In this document: piece after piece, positions 12,763 through 25,747 of the stretch
Layout: each line of letters opens with the position of its first letter
Numbering within the stretch: the first letter of the stretch is position 1
Source: Octopus sinensis
Lineage: Eukaryota
Direction of reading: 5' to 3'
Assembly: GCF_006345805.1 (NCBI RefSeq)
Contig: NC_043003.1
Coordinates: 18,228,001 to 18,292,000, forward strand
Length of the DNA: 64,000 bases
Translations under genes and position numbers: made by a program
The notes under the pieces: generated by a model
The model's input: only the letters and a program-made list of their open reading frames with translations
What the model was told of the DNA's origin: nothing
Database searches by the model: none

Positions 12763-12812
12763 GGTCTTACAGCTGTTTCCAGGATATTTATTATATCCCT
12801 TCATCGGAGATG
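12763..12812 (-). ncRNA. Minimal hammerhead-like ribozyme (variant core) in a Penelope-like terminal repeat fragment
   Basis: Minus strand TCT-CCGATGA-A-GGGATAT aataa ATATCCT-G-GAAA-CAGCTG-TA-AGA; palindromic helix III; core reads CCGAUGA rather than CUGAUGA. Confidence 0.55.
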
Positions 12813-13643
12813 GTGTGAGAGAATGGTTAAGTAATAGACAATTTAGATAGGATACGAAATAGAGAGTGAGGTGGAGGAAAGAAAATAATTGTAGGATATG
12901 TAGGGATATTGAAGTTGTAGATCCATTTTTTAGGCAGAATGTTATATATGTAAGATTCCAATCCCTTATGAGTAAAATCCAACAGAATTTAAGATGGGTC
13001 CTTCCAAATATAGAGTTTATACACAATGTAAGATTCCAATACCTTATGAGTGAGATCCAATAGTATTTAAACTTGTTTTCTTCTATAGGCACAAGGCTTG
13101 AAATTTTGGGGAGTGGGGGTGTTGATTAGATTGGCCCCAGTACGCAGCTGGTACTTAATTTATTGACCCCCAAAAGGATGAAAGGCAATGTCGACCTCAG
13201 CGGAATTTCAACTCAGGACGTAAAGACTGACGAAATCCCACTAAGCATTTTGCCCAGTGTGCTAACATTTCTGCCAGCTCACTGCTTTACATATATACAT
13301 GTACAGTCACAAACTTATGGCAACCTCACTTGTGCCAGTAGGATGAAAAGAGCACTCTGTAAAGTGGTTGGCTTTAAGAAGGGCGTCTGGGCATAGAAAC
13401 CCTACTAAAGATAACAGTAGAGCTCAATCCAATCCTGCGGCTTGCTGGTTCCCTGTCAAACAGTCGTACCCATTTTCGCAAGGAATAATGGATATTAAAT
13501 GATGATGATGAGATATATATGTATGTATATAAATATATAGGCGGAATCGAAATCGAAATTGAACCAATCCTATGACTGGCACCCTGCAGTTGCCAGGACC
13601 GCTGGACTGACACCTGTGCAGGGGGCAAGTGAAGAAACACCAT

Positions 13644-14046
13644 ATTTTAATCAACCAAATATGAACCATTTTGTTGCACAATGCGTCCCCCTCTTTCCTT
13701 TAATTTGAAAATACCCTCTTCCCAGATTTGAGGTGGTTTCATGGCAAAGAATTCATCAAGGTATCTTTTTACGTCATCCAAGGAATTGAAATTTTTACCA
13801 TTAAGACTATTCTGCAGAGACCTGAATAAGTGGGAATCTGAAGGAGCAATATCTGGTGAATAAGGAAGGTGGGGTAACACATCCCAGCCGAGCTGCAGCA
13901 ATTTTTGTCTGGTTCCCAAAATATCAAGTGGCAAAAATGAACTTTCTTCTCTTCCATTTTAAAGGGTTACAAAATTAACACAGGTTATAGGAACATAAAA
14001 CTTCTTCCACAAAAAGATAGCTTAAACTGTGCTCTAACTGGAGGTA
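13644..14046 (-). mobile_element. Internally deleted mariner fragment
   Basis: Peptide WDVLPHLPYSPDIAPSDSHLFRSLQN (mariner YSPDLAPxD motif); same deletion junction as 50218-50783. Confidence 0.9.
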
Positions 14047-14381
14047 ATTGTCTGCCTTTATGTTCCAGGTTCAAATTCTGTCATGGTCGACTTAGCGTTT
14101 TATCGTTTTGGGGTTGATAAAATAGGTAACTGTTGAACAATGGGATTGATGTAATTGACTTCCCCCTCCCCTCAAAATTGCTGGCCTTGTGCCAAACTTT
14201 GAAACCTACATATATATATATATATATTCTACTTACATTTACTGGTGTCTGATTGTTGGATATTGTTAACCATATTCTTTTAAAACTGAATGATTTATTG
14301 ATACATTAATATACCTTCATCAGGTGTCTTGGGGAAATTTTTATTGATATCTGTATGGATTTTTTAATCCTTTGTTTTATA

Positions 14382-14770
14382 AGGCGTGGGAGTGGCTGTG
14401 TAGTAAGTAGCTTGCTTACGAACCACATGGTTCTGGGTTCAGTCCCAATGCATGGCACCTTGGGCAAGTGTCTTCTACTATAGCCTCGGGCCGACCAAAG
14501 CCTTGTGAGTGGATTTGGTAGACGGAAACTGAAAGAAGCCTGTCGTATATATGTGTGTGTGTGTGTGTGCATGCATGTGTCTGTGTCTCTCCCAACATCG
14601 CTTGACAACCGATGCTGGTGTGTTTACGTCCCCCATAACTTAGCTGTTCAGCAAAAGAGACCAATAGAATAAGTACTAGGCTTAAAAAGAATAAGTCCAG
14701 GGGTCGATTTGCTCGACTAAAGGCGGTGCTTCAGCATGGCCACAGTCAATTGACTGAAACAAGTAAAAGA

Positions 14771-14771
<1 letters not shown>
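14382..14771 (+). mobile_element. SINE family A
   Basis: Full-length family A copy. Confidence 0.85.
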
Positions 14772-14830
<59 letters not shown>

Positions 14831-15519
14831 ATGATATACATGCATTTACACACTCGTGTGTGTGTGTGTGTGTGTAATTACTGTAGGTGTGTCACTTGTG
14901 TATAAGCACACTGAAACACCCAACACGCACACAATCATTTTCGTGTTGTCATATTTTTTTATTTGGCATGGGCAGGTGGGAGCAGAGAGGGGTAGCAGCA
15001 TCTCTGCCTGAAGAATCTCTTCCCTGCCCCCCCCCCCCCCGCCCGTCTGCTTCTAAGCTACACACTTCAAAACAAGTCTGCTACTGCTAGTGTTTGGTTC
15101 CAACCGAGTATCTCTTCCCATCAGACACTACACAATCTGCAATCACCTACTGTTGCTTCAACCAAGGCCCTTCCAGTCTTTTTTGTTTTTTTTTTGCGAA
15201 CCCAACTCTGTACACAGCGAGGGCCCCTTGTAAAACCCTACATGCTTGTCTTCATTTGGTACCTGTTCTTGTTTCTGGCTGCATTTGTGTTTGTCTACAT
15301 ATGGTTGCACCCTGGACAGCAGCTGCACTTGGTAGGAGAACATATTCTTTTGTTACTTTTAACTGCTTGTATTTACCTTTATAATCCCCCCACATTTTTT
15401 GTCTTTTCTTTCCCTTAATTTTGTCCCCCCACCCACTCCCAGATTACCCCCAGATAATACTTGAGATTCCAATCATAGGCATTTGGGTTTTTTTTTTATA
15501 TGTTTATATGCTACCTTAT

Positions 15520-15576
<57 letters not shown>

Positions 15577-15698
15577 TTTTTACATTTTGGCGTTTGCTGT
15601 TTTTTTTTCTTGAGAACACACTCTTTGTGGTAAGGCAATTTGACGTCTATTTCTAGCGTATAGGGTTCCACTTTAGTAGTCATTCCTCTTATTAATTG

Positions 15699-15758
<60 letters not shown>

Positions 15759-17047
15759 AAATGATATACATATATTATAATTTTACAAGTATAGTGACAG
15801 TAACTTCGAAGTAATTTTGTCAGATTGATTAGTTCTTGAGCTTAATGTTAAATTATTTTTATTATAACTTGACATAAAATCATAGATTTACACACACATA
15901 CACATGCACACACACACACACGCATACATGTAATCATACACATACATACACACATAAACATGTTCATAACATGTATATCTGTTTTTATACTCTTTTTTTC
16001 TCAATACTAGCTTCAGTGAATGGACTGTGGCCATGCTGGGGCACTGTCTTTGTGGGTTGTTAATTGATCATAAAAACTTCATCTTTTACAGCCTGGTCCT
16101 TATTTTTACTGATTCATTTTTTTTTAATTGATTTTTTCCCCTTTGAAACAACACCTGGGTTTTTTTATTGTTTATTTTTGTAACCAGCAGTGTTATGTCA
16201 AGCATATGAAAGACAGACATAGGCAAATGCACACACACACACACACACACACAGAGTTCTGATAGGTTTCTGCACAGCTGAAATTTACCAAATTCCATTC
16301 ATAAGGTCCCTGGAGAACCTGAGGCTACAATAAAAAAACATAGGCTATAATAAAAGACATAGGCTACAATAAAACACATACAGTGGGATTGAACACAGAA
16401 CTATTTGACTACAAAGCAAACTTCTTAACCACACGGCCAAACCATATATCTATGAGTCATATTGAAAACTCAAATTTTTTTTTTTTTTTTGGATTTTTCA
16501 CTTTATGTATATTTTACACTTTTTCTGGAGCAGTGAAGCCCTAGGTCGATCAATGAATTAATTCTGTTTAATGGATAGAGTGTATGTTGGTTCATAGGTT
16601 CATATTCTCTTATGCATTTCTTGTGTGCCTTTGGTTTTTGATATATGTGCTCCAGTATGGTCGCAGTCAAATGACTGAAACAAGTAAAAGAATAAAAGAA
16701 TAGAAAACATGTGTGTGCATGTGTGCATATATATATATATATACAAAATTTAGAGGACTGACTACTAAAGTGGACAGCCTATATGCTAAACATAGATGTC
16801 AAGTCGCCATTACCATGAAGAATGTGTTCTCAGCAAAAAAACACAATTTTTAATCTTCGCATTTTTTAAAATATGCTAAGCCACTGGTTTTAATTGCTTA
16901 ATATCAATTTCTACCCTTATTATTTAATGTTATATGTATGTATATGTACAGTTATCCCTTGACTATCGTGAGTGTTACATTCTAAACCACCACCCCCGTG
17001 ATAGGTGAAAATCTGCAAAGTAGAAACAGTACTGTACAGCATTTAAT

Positions 17048-17253
17048 CTTTTACTTGTTTCAGTCATTTGACTGTGGCCATGCTGGAGCACTGCCTTTAG
17101 TCAAGCAAATCGACCCCAGGACTTATTCTTTTGTAAGCCTAGTACTTATTCTATTGGTCTCTTTTGCCGAACCGCTAAGTTACGGGGACGTAAACACACC
17201 AGCATCGGTTGTCAAGAGATGTTGGGGCGACAAACACAGACACACAAACATAT

Positions 17254-17308
<55 letters not shown>

Positions 17309-17483
17309 TACATATATATGACGGGCTTCTTTCAGTTTCTGTCTACCAAATCCACTCACAAGGGTTTGGTCAGCCTGAGGCTATAGTATAAGACACTTGC
17401 CCAAGGTGCCACGCAGTGGGACTGAACCCAGAACCATGTGGCTGTTAAGCAAGCTACTTACCACACAGCCACTCCTACGCCTA
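17048..17483 (-). mobile_element. SINE family A
   Basis: Full-length copy with expanded internal (TA)n. Confidence 0.85.
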
Positions 17484-18182
17484 TATGTTTATCCAAAGCT
17501 TTATATAAATGCTTCATCCTAAGATGCATGCTTTCTATTTCTTCAATTGATATGGGTATCTGGAAGTGTTTTAATTAAAAACAACTGCTCAGACGTCTCA
17601 TGTACATTGGTCACCACATCTGAGTATTTCTACTTTTGTACATGTTTGCATGTGTTAGCATATACAAAATAAATGTGAATCCTCTTGCTGACACTTCTAC
17701 CACAGCTATAAGGATCTCTGCTCTTCAGAGTTTGCTGGGACCCATATCCCCTCCACTCACCTCTCTTCCTCTCATCTGCCTTGTTACATCCAACCCTTTT
17801 CCAAGCCCTTCATTAATCACTACACCCAGTTCCCAGAAAATTGGGTGCTTGGATTTTCCTCCCTACTCATGTCTTTGCCATGGGTGTTAACTTGGAAGCT
17901 TCAAGGACGTTAATTAGCGTTGTCAATCTCAGTGGTCTAGAAGGGTTCTGGAAAACCAGACATAACAGCTTCTTCTTTCTCCAAACCCTGCAAGGCAAAA
18001 GATACTGATTCCACAAGTACCAGACTTAAAAGATAAATACTGTACTGGAGTTGATTGCCCCAGCATGACCGCAGTCCAGTGACTGAATCAAGTAAAAGAT
18101 AAAGAGAAAACTCATGAGTTAGATATACAATGTGTGTGTGTGTGTGTGTGTGTGTGAATAATCCTTTTTTTCTCTTTCTTTT

Positions 18183-18391
18183 ACTACTCTAAGCACAAGG
18201 TCTGAAATTTTTAGAGAGGAGGCCAGTTGATTAGATCAACCCCTGTACGCAACTGGTACTTAATTTATCGACCCCGAAAGGATGAAAGGTAAAGTTGACC
18301 TCAGCAGAATTTGAACTCAGAATGTAAAGACAGATGAAATACTACTAAGCATTTCGCCAGCGTGCTACCGTTTCTGCCAGCTCACTGCCTT
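18183..18391 (-). mobile_element. tRNA-derived SINE family B
   Basis: Head AAGGCAGTGAGCTGGCAGAA, GAGTTCAAAT B-box-like motif, central CCTTTCATCCTTTCGGGGTCGATAAATTAAGTACCAG; many copies (e.g. 8530, 13080, 24646, 31888, 52776, 57774, 61880). Confidence 0.8.
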
Positions 18392-18844
18392 TGTGTGTGT
18401 GTATGTGTGAATAATAAACTTCTCATTTCTGTGTCTCTGTCAAATTTAAAGACAGTCTGGAATAGATTGGAGGAATGTTGAAGGAAAAAAGAAAAAAGAT
18501 CAAACACCTCATTATTTACCTCTGCCAGTGGTGCTATTTGTTATAACGAAGGATCTGAGCTGGGTAGAAACGGTAGGATAAATGCCAAAATAAATATGTA
18601 CTATACTTCCCTTTCCATCAAACACCCCTTTCCACATTTTTTTTATTAAGTAGAGGCCCTGTGGGAAGGAGGCAGAGTGGGTGTAAGGGGTAAAATAAGT
18701 ATACCAGTGATACACTGAGGTTCATTCAGTTATGTTTCTTGTGTCAATGTATACATAGTCTATGAGTTCTTTTTTCTAACAAACATATATGTAAATATAA
18801 GTAAATACATATATGTATGTCTGTAGGTATGCATGTGTGTCTGC

Positions 18845-18877
<33 letters not shown>

Positions 18878-19280
18878 TACACATATATATATACGCATAC
18901 ATGTATATATGCATACATATATATACACAAACATACATATATGTAAGTATACATGCATATATAAAAATATATATATACACACACATACATGTATGTATGC
19001 ATACATAGATATACATACACATGTGCACAATTTCAAGTAAGTGAAAATTGTCATGTGTCATTCATAACTCCTTAAGATAGTTTTATACATACTTGTGTCT
19101 GTTTGCACAGGTGTGTTTATGTATACTCATGTATGCATATACCTGTATAAGTGTGTGTCTATGAATGTATATTTGTGCTTGCACATATGTATGTATACAT
19201 ACATGTTTGTGTGTGTGTATATACAGAGTAGTAAAAATAATGTTTATGCATTGTTATTAATTTCTTTTTTTTTTATTATT

Positions 19281-19586
19281 TATGCGCCCTTTTCAAGCCT
19301 AGCCGTGCTCATGGGCCCGGTTTCCTGGTTTCTATGGCATATGTGTTCCCCCCAGCTGGACGGGACGCCAGTCCATCGCAGTGTTACTCAAGAAACAGGA
19401 AGAAAGAATGAGAGAAGGTTGGGGCGAAAGAGTACAACAGGGGTCGCCACCAGCCCCTGCCAGAGCCTCGTGGAGCTTTAGGTGTTTACGCTCAATAAAC
19501 ACACACAACGCCCGGTCTGGGAATCAAAACTGCGATCCTCTGACCGCGAGTCTGCTGCCCTAACCACTGGGCCATCACGCCTCCAC
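19281..19586 (-). mobile_element. SINE family C variant
   Basis: GTGGAGGCGTGATGGCCCAGTGGTTAG head on the minus strand. Confidence 0.8.
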
Positions 19587-19671
19587 TATTCATTAATTAA
19601 TACAATAAAATAACTTTATGTTCTTTGAACAGAAATCTCCACCTCATACAAGTAAAACATATTAACTATGA

Positions 19672-19999
19672 TATTTCGTTTTGGGACTTGGTTTGCAAGA
19701 TTCTTTATATGAGTTCGTGTGTTGAAGCATATTCTGTTGTGTCTGGGGAGAGTCATTTTCTTTTTATGCCTTACTCACCGGTAAAATTTCCACTTTTTTC
19801 TTATTTTTATTTTCCTAAAATTTTCATTGCATCTTGCAACCTTTTCAATAGTCTTGACTCCCTATAGTTTTGAAAAGGTTGCAAGACGCAACGAAAATTT
19901 TAGGAAAATAAAAATAAGAAAAAAGTGGAAATTTTAGCGGTGAGTGTGTTAAATTATAAGGCAAAAAAAAAGAAAACTACTCTCCCCAGACACAACAGA
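19672..19999. mobile_element. Fold-back insertion (Penelope-like inverted terminal repeat architecture)
   Basis: Inverted arms 19729-19848 and 19870-20003, unpaired leader, 13-bp TSD ATATTAACTATGA. Confidence 0.7.
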
Positions 20000-20525
20000 A
20001 TATTAACTATGAAGGATATAGAAATAGATATCACATCATTCATGCCTTTCCTAATGGCTTCACTTAGTAAATAACAACCAAACCTGATAGTCACACACTT
20101 CCTTTGCTTATATTATGAACCAACACTCTACACAAATCACTTCTAGACGTGTGTAGTATTTATTCACTGTCTTCACAACCCTTAAAAAACAGGGGTGGTA
20201 GTTCTCCTACTCTTTGGCATTTCTTAGAAAGGTCTGTCTAATTAGCTATTGTGTTGGTATCCCTATTTTTATCTAACAGCTAACAGATTGCTAAGTTGAA
20301 ACAACTGTGAAACAGCTGCCTTCTCTCTAAGTGGGTTATTACAGCCATGTCTTTTATTGGCATGATTCCGCTTTGTTATAAGTCACTTTTCTTACTTACC
20401 CATTGGGAAGTTGGTACCATATTCATATGACTAGGGATGTATGTGTGTGTGTGTGTGTTAATGTTTTTAAGTCAAATTATATATAAAAACAATTTAACAT
20501 TAAACTAAAGAATTACTCAGTACGT

Positions 20526-21196
20526 TTACTCTTTTACTTGTTTCAGTCATTTGACTGTGGCCATGCTGGAGCACCGTCTTTAGTCAAGCAAATCGACCCA
20601 GGACTTATTCTTTGTAAGCCTAGTACTTTTTCTATCGGTCTCTTTTGCCGAACCGCTAAGTTACGGGGACATAAGCACACCAGCATCGGTTGTCAAGCGA
20701 TGTTGGGGGACAAACACAAACACACATACATGCACATACACACACATACATATATATATATAAATAAAAAGGGGGTTGTATGATTGTGTATAGAGGGATA
20801 TAAATTATTCAAAGGAATTCCAACTCTGTCTGTTTTTTTATGTTTTATTAAAATTCTTTATAATATTAATATAGAATATAGAATATATAGTATTAATAGT
20901 ATATATAGTAAAATGAAATGAAGTATTGGTTGTCTTATTGAATAGATGAAATATTGAATATCAAATATTAAGGGACTAGTATACTTTCTTCCATTAAAGC
21001 AGTCCTCAGGGTCCCAGGTTGTGACATATATATGACAGGCTTCTTTCAGTTTCCGTCTACCAAATTCACTCATAAAGCTTTGGTCGGTTCGAGGCTATAG
21101 TTGAAGACACTTACCCAAGGTGCCACGCAGTGGGACTGAACCCGGAACCATGTGGTTGGTAAGCAAGCTACTTACCACACAGCCACTCCTATGCCT
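20526..21196 (-). mobile_element. SINE family A split by an insertion at about 20761-21025
   Basis: Two colinear halves of family A separated at the internal (TA)n. Confidence 0.85.
20972..21015 (-). ncRNA. Decayed minimal hammerhead ribozyme
   Basis: Minus strand GGGAC-C-CTGAGGA-CTGCtttaatGGAA-GAAA-GTATAC-TA-GTCCC; helix I and palindromic helix III present, helix II damaged. Confidence 0.5.
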
Positions 21197-21261
21197 AATC
21201 TTTTAGAAGAAAGATGGTGACAGTGACTTCGAAGTTTTGGCCTGCTAGCCTACTTCACCCA

Positions 21262-21301
<40 letters not shown>

Positions 21302-21499
21302 TTCATGCTCAGGATACTCAAAACTGTTAGTAATCAAAGGTTCTGCACAATGGAACTGAACCTGAAGCCACCTGGTTTCAAATTCAGCTTTTTCAATCAC
21401 ATGCAATCTTCCTGTGTTTAACTGATGTCTATTTTGTAAATGGAGTTTTTGATTGACAAATGGTTTGACCTGGAACCTTGTGTGTTGAAACTGAAAAAT

Positions 21500-21802
21500 T
21501 TACATTTACAGGAAGAGTTGTTTTAACCCTGTCTAAGAACACACAAGAAACTGTTACATTCACTTTCAATTTGTTTCTTTATTATACTCAGTTATGAATT
21601 GTTTGAAAGCAAGTTTAGTTGTACTTCTGTGACCTGGTCACCTACATAATTTCCACTGCATTGTGTCAGTGGCCAGGTCACAAGAGTACAACAAAGCCTT
21701 CAGACACATAATAGACAACACACTGATGGGAATAAAAGGAAATTCAATGTAACAGTCTCTGAGTGTTTGTTAAATGAGCAAATATATTCTCCCACGATGT
21801 AA
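21500..21802. mobile_element. Old palindromic MITE
   Basis: Long imperfect inverted symmetry (TGTTACATT/AATGTAACA; TGTGACCTGG/CCAGGTCACA). Confidence 0.5.
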
Positions 21803-24299
21803 TTATTCATCATCATCATTTAATGTCCATTTTCCATGCTGGTATGGGTTGGATGGTTTGACCAGATCCAGTGAGCCACAGGGCCACATCATGTTCCACC
21901 GGATGGTTCTTTTATGACTTCATTGCTTTCAGGCTTAGCTTAGGGTATTTTCGCGCCCGACATCACAAAATGCGTCTGAATAAACATTGCCGGACAGCAA
22001 ATAGAGACTCGGACATTGCTTAGAAAATATTTTCCGTTTTTAACCTCGTATATAGTACACACTAGGGATTTTGACCTTTAAATTTCAGGGGGGAAATGCG
22101 GATTATACTCGAGGATTTACGGTATACATACTCAACAAGCTTCCAATTTTCATTTACCAAATCCACTCACAAGGCTTTGGTTGGCTCCTGGGCTACAGTA
22201 GAAAACAGCCCTCACCTGCTTCCGAGTAAGATACTATTTCCCCATGGACAGACATGTTTTCACAGAATATTGAAAATGAACAACACTGCTTGTATGTCAG
22301 TGATACTCATTTACGACTATCACTTGTTGTCAAGAAAAGGAAATGCTCACATATACAATGGGCTTCTTTTGGTTCCTCTCTACCAAATACACTCACCAGA
22401 GCTGTTGTAGAAGACACTTGCCCAAGACTGAACCCAGAACCATGTGGTTTGAAAGCAAGCTTCTTACCAATCAGTCACTCCTGCACTTGTCTATTATATC
22501 TTATAGTACAAACAATACTGCATCTTGCTTATATACAAAATTCTAATTGACAGAGTACTCTTAGTATTGAAATTAATGGAGCTATTTAAATACGACTACG
22601 GTTATATATTTAATTATACTCTTAAAACAACTCAATCTATAGGAACAGATAATTAAATATTTAAGATGAAAATTACTACAAATAGACTCAATGTTTTGTA
22701 TGTCGTTATACTGTTATACTCTTCAGGGAAAAGACGGAATTTTTAAGTATGCTGCTGCTATTTATAATTGTACAGATTAGCATACACCTCATTGAGAAAG
22801 ACGAAACGAATTATCTTCGTTTTCTATAAAGCAAAGAGATGAAACATTACGGTTGACTGCAAGATAAACAAACAAGATGTGTACTTACAAAGTCCCTTAT
22901 ATAAATAACCGCTAATGATTAACATTTTAAAAGAACCCTACTTCCTGAGTGGGGCAAGGTAGGAGCCAGCGAATACTCTAATTATATGTTGTAATACATA
23001 CACTATTGTATCTTTCCAATGTGTGTGTGTATATATGTATATTGTTGTGACCCCCTTCAGTCATGAATGACCATGGGATTGCACCTAGAAAGTTACCCTC
23101 CGAGGCACAAGTCTGGGCAAGGTTGATTATGGAAGACCAGCAGTCGCCCATGCATGCCAGCCTCTCCTCTCCACACCACTGATGTTATCCAAGGGAAAGG
23201 CAAAGGCTGATACAGCTTGGCACAGCTCATTTATTAACATGCAAGTAGCTGAGCACTCTACAGATACGTGTACCCTTAACGTAGTTCTTGGGGAGATTCA
23301 GTGTGACACAGAGTGTGACGTACGACAGAAACAAGAAGAAAGAGCGAGCGAAAGTTGTGAAAGAGTACAGTAGGGTTCACCACCACCCCCTGCCAGAGCC
23401 TCGTGGAGCTTTAGATGTTTTTGCTCAATAAACACTCACAATGCCCGGTCTGGGAATCGAAACCACGATCCTACAACCGCACATCCACTGCCCTAACCAC
23501 TGGGCCATTGTGCCTCTATGGCACCTTGAACAAGTGGTGTGTGTGTGTGTGTATGTGTGTACATCATGTGATGGTTTTAAATAAGCATCACCATCATACA
23601 AACAATGTTGTTCATTTCCAGCCCTTTGTGAAAAACATTTCTGGCCATGGGGAAAATATTACCTCACCTGGAAACAGATGAGGGTAAGCAATAGCAAGGA
23701 CATCCAGCCATAGAAAATCTGTCTCGGCAAATTTTGTCTGACCCATGCAAGCATAGAAAAGTGGACGTTAAAACAATGCTGATGACAATGATATGTCATC
23801 CAATTACAAACAGAATGAGAAAGGCCAAACAACAATATATAATCCTCCATCATTTATTCATTTATATGTCAAAATATGTGTTAGTTTAGCAAAATTTCCT
23901 GTTCAAATTCCACACTCTGATACAATATTTAAATGAAACAGTTTTAAAAGTATGTATTTTGTCTTCTTATTTTAATCTTCGAGTATTCAGATTTTTTTTT
24001 TTTTCGTTTTTTCTTGGGGTTCCTGTCTGTTAACTCTCAACTTCAAAGTAGTCTGCTCTTTGTTGTGTCCTCTTGTGAAAAGGAAACAACCGCTACTGTG
24101 ATCATACAGGAAGGAAGCAATCCTGGCTTTCTCTGTGTAATTTAAAGACTTCCAGTTCCTTTTTGTTTAGTAAACGGTGAATCTGTTGTGACTTGTGGAG
24201 TACTGAATTGGGTCTTGTATGTGTGTGTGTGTGTAAGAAAGAGAGAGCTCACATGAGCTGAGAGAAAAAAATGGACATTGGAGAAAAGACAACTAGTAG

Positions 24300-24450
24300 C
24301 AACATGTCATGTGATGCATGTGAAGGATGACAAGTGGGTGAAGAGGTAGCAAATAATCCAAGGAGCCTGCGGAAGAGGAAGACGGAACTAGGGAAGGTGT
24401 GGGAAGAAGCCATGAAGTCTGATCTCAGGATACTGGATCTAGTGAAGATA
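24300..24450 (+). pseudogene. RTE-clade LINE 3' remnant
   Basis: Degenerate HVMHVKDDKWVK...GACGRGR...VWEEAMKSDLRIL resembling the RTE ORF C-terminus. Confidence 0.5.
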
Positions 24451-25341
24451 ATAATGTATTACAGCAAGTGTTGAAAGGATATTCGGGGGAGGAAAAAGTG
24501 GCACAAAATGATGGGGAATGAATATGGTGATAATGATGTATGGACGTTTTGTGTGTGTGTGTGTGCAACATGTGCTGGTATGTCTGTTTAACAAGAGCTT
24601 TGATCTGAAATGAAATCATGTTGGAACATTATATTTCATAAAAAAAAAAGGTGACGAGCTGGCAGAGATGTTATCACGCCAGGCGAAAAAACTTAGTGGT
24701 GTTTCATCTGTCTTTATGTTCTGAGTTCAAATTCCACCGAGGTAGACTTTGCCTTTCATCCTTTCGGGGTTGATAAATTAAGTACCAGTTGCATACTGGG
24801 ATTGATCTAATCAACATCCCCCCCCCAACTCCCCGAAAATTTCGGGCCTTGTGCCTAAAGTAGAAACGATTATATTTCATAAAAGTCATGTTTGCTTATA
24901 ATACTTTCTAACTTTGGCAGAAGGCCAACAATTGTGAAGGGAGCTGGGGGTTAATTAAATCAGTCCCAATGTTCAACTGGTACTTGTTTTACTGACCCTG
25001 AAAGGATGAAAGGTAAAGTCAACCTTGGCAGTGTTTGAACTCAGAATGTACAGAGATAGAAGAAAAGTCATCAAACATTTTGTACAGCACTGGAATAATT
25101 TTGCCAGCTTGCAGCCTTTTTGTTTGCCCATAACAAACTGAAATATGCATGCAGGCACACACGCTGATTGCAATCATTATTTAATTGTTAATTGATAATT
25201 CATAGTAATTAATAGTTAAAAGAAGAACAAATTACTAAATTATAAAGTAAACGGTAAGTACAATTAATGCTTGTGTTTATTTTATTGTCAAAGATAACTT
25301 TGCTAAAAATGGGGCAAATAGGAAAAAAGTTAATATTGAAT

Positions 25342-25747
25342 GGCGCAGGAGTGGCTGTGTGGTAAGTAGCTTGCTTACCAATCACATGGTTCTGGGTTCA
25401 GTCCTACTGCATGGCATCTTGGGCAGGTGTCTTGTACTATAACCTTGGGCCGACCAAAGCCTTGTGAATGGATTTGGTAGACGGAAACTGAAAAGAAGCC
25501 CGTCGTATGTATATATATATATATATATATGTATATGTTTGTGTGTCTGTGTTTGTCCCCCCACCATCGCTTGACAACCAATGTTGGTGTATTTATGTCC
25601 CCGTCACTTAGCAGTTCGGCAGGAGAGTCCGATAAAATAAGTACTAGGCTTACAAAAAATAAGTCCTGGGGTCGATTTGCTTGACTAAAGGCGGTGCTCC
25701 AGCATGGCCACAGTCAAATGACTGAAACAAGTAAAAGAGTAAAAGAG
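25342..25747 (+). mobile_element. SINE family A
   Basis: Full-length copy. Confidence 0.85.

Noticed and set aside
15058-15418. Possible upstream PI3K exon (YTLQNKSATASVWFQPS...)
   Set aside because: Weak AAG acceptor, no convincing donor, frame runs through poly-T, no recognisable homology; not excluded without RNA data
18744-19061. Overlapping YI/CV/HT-rich ORFs (also at about 42400, 45230, 48600, 53180)
   Set aside because: Translations of TA/CA/TG microsatellites
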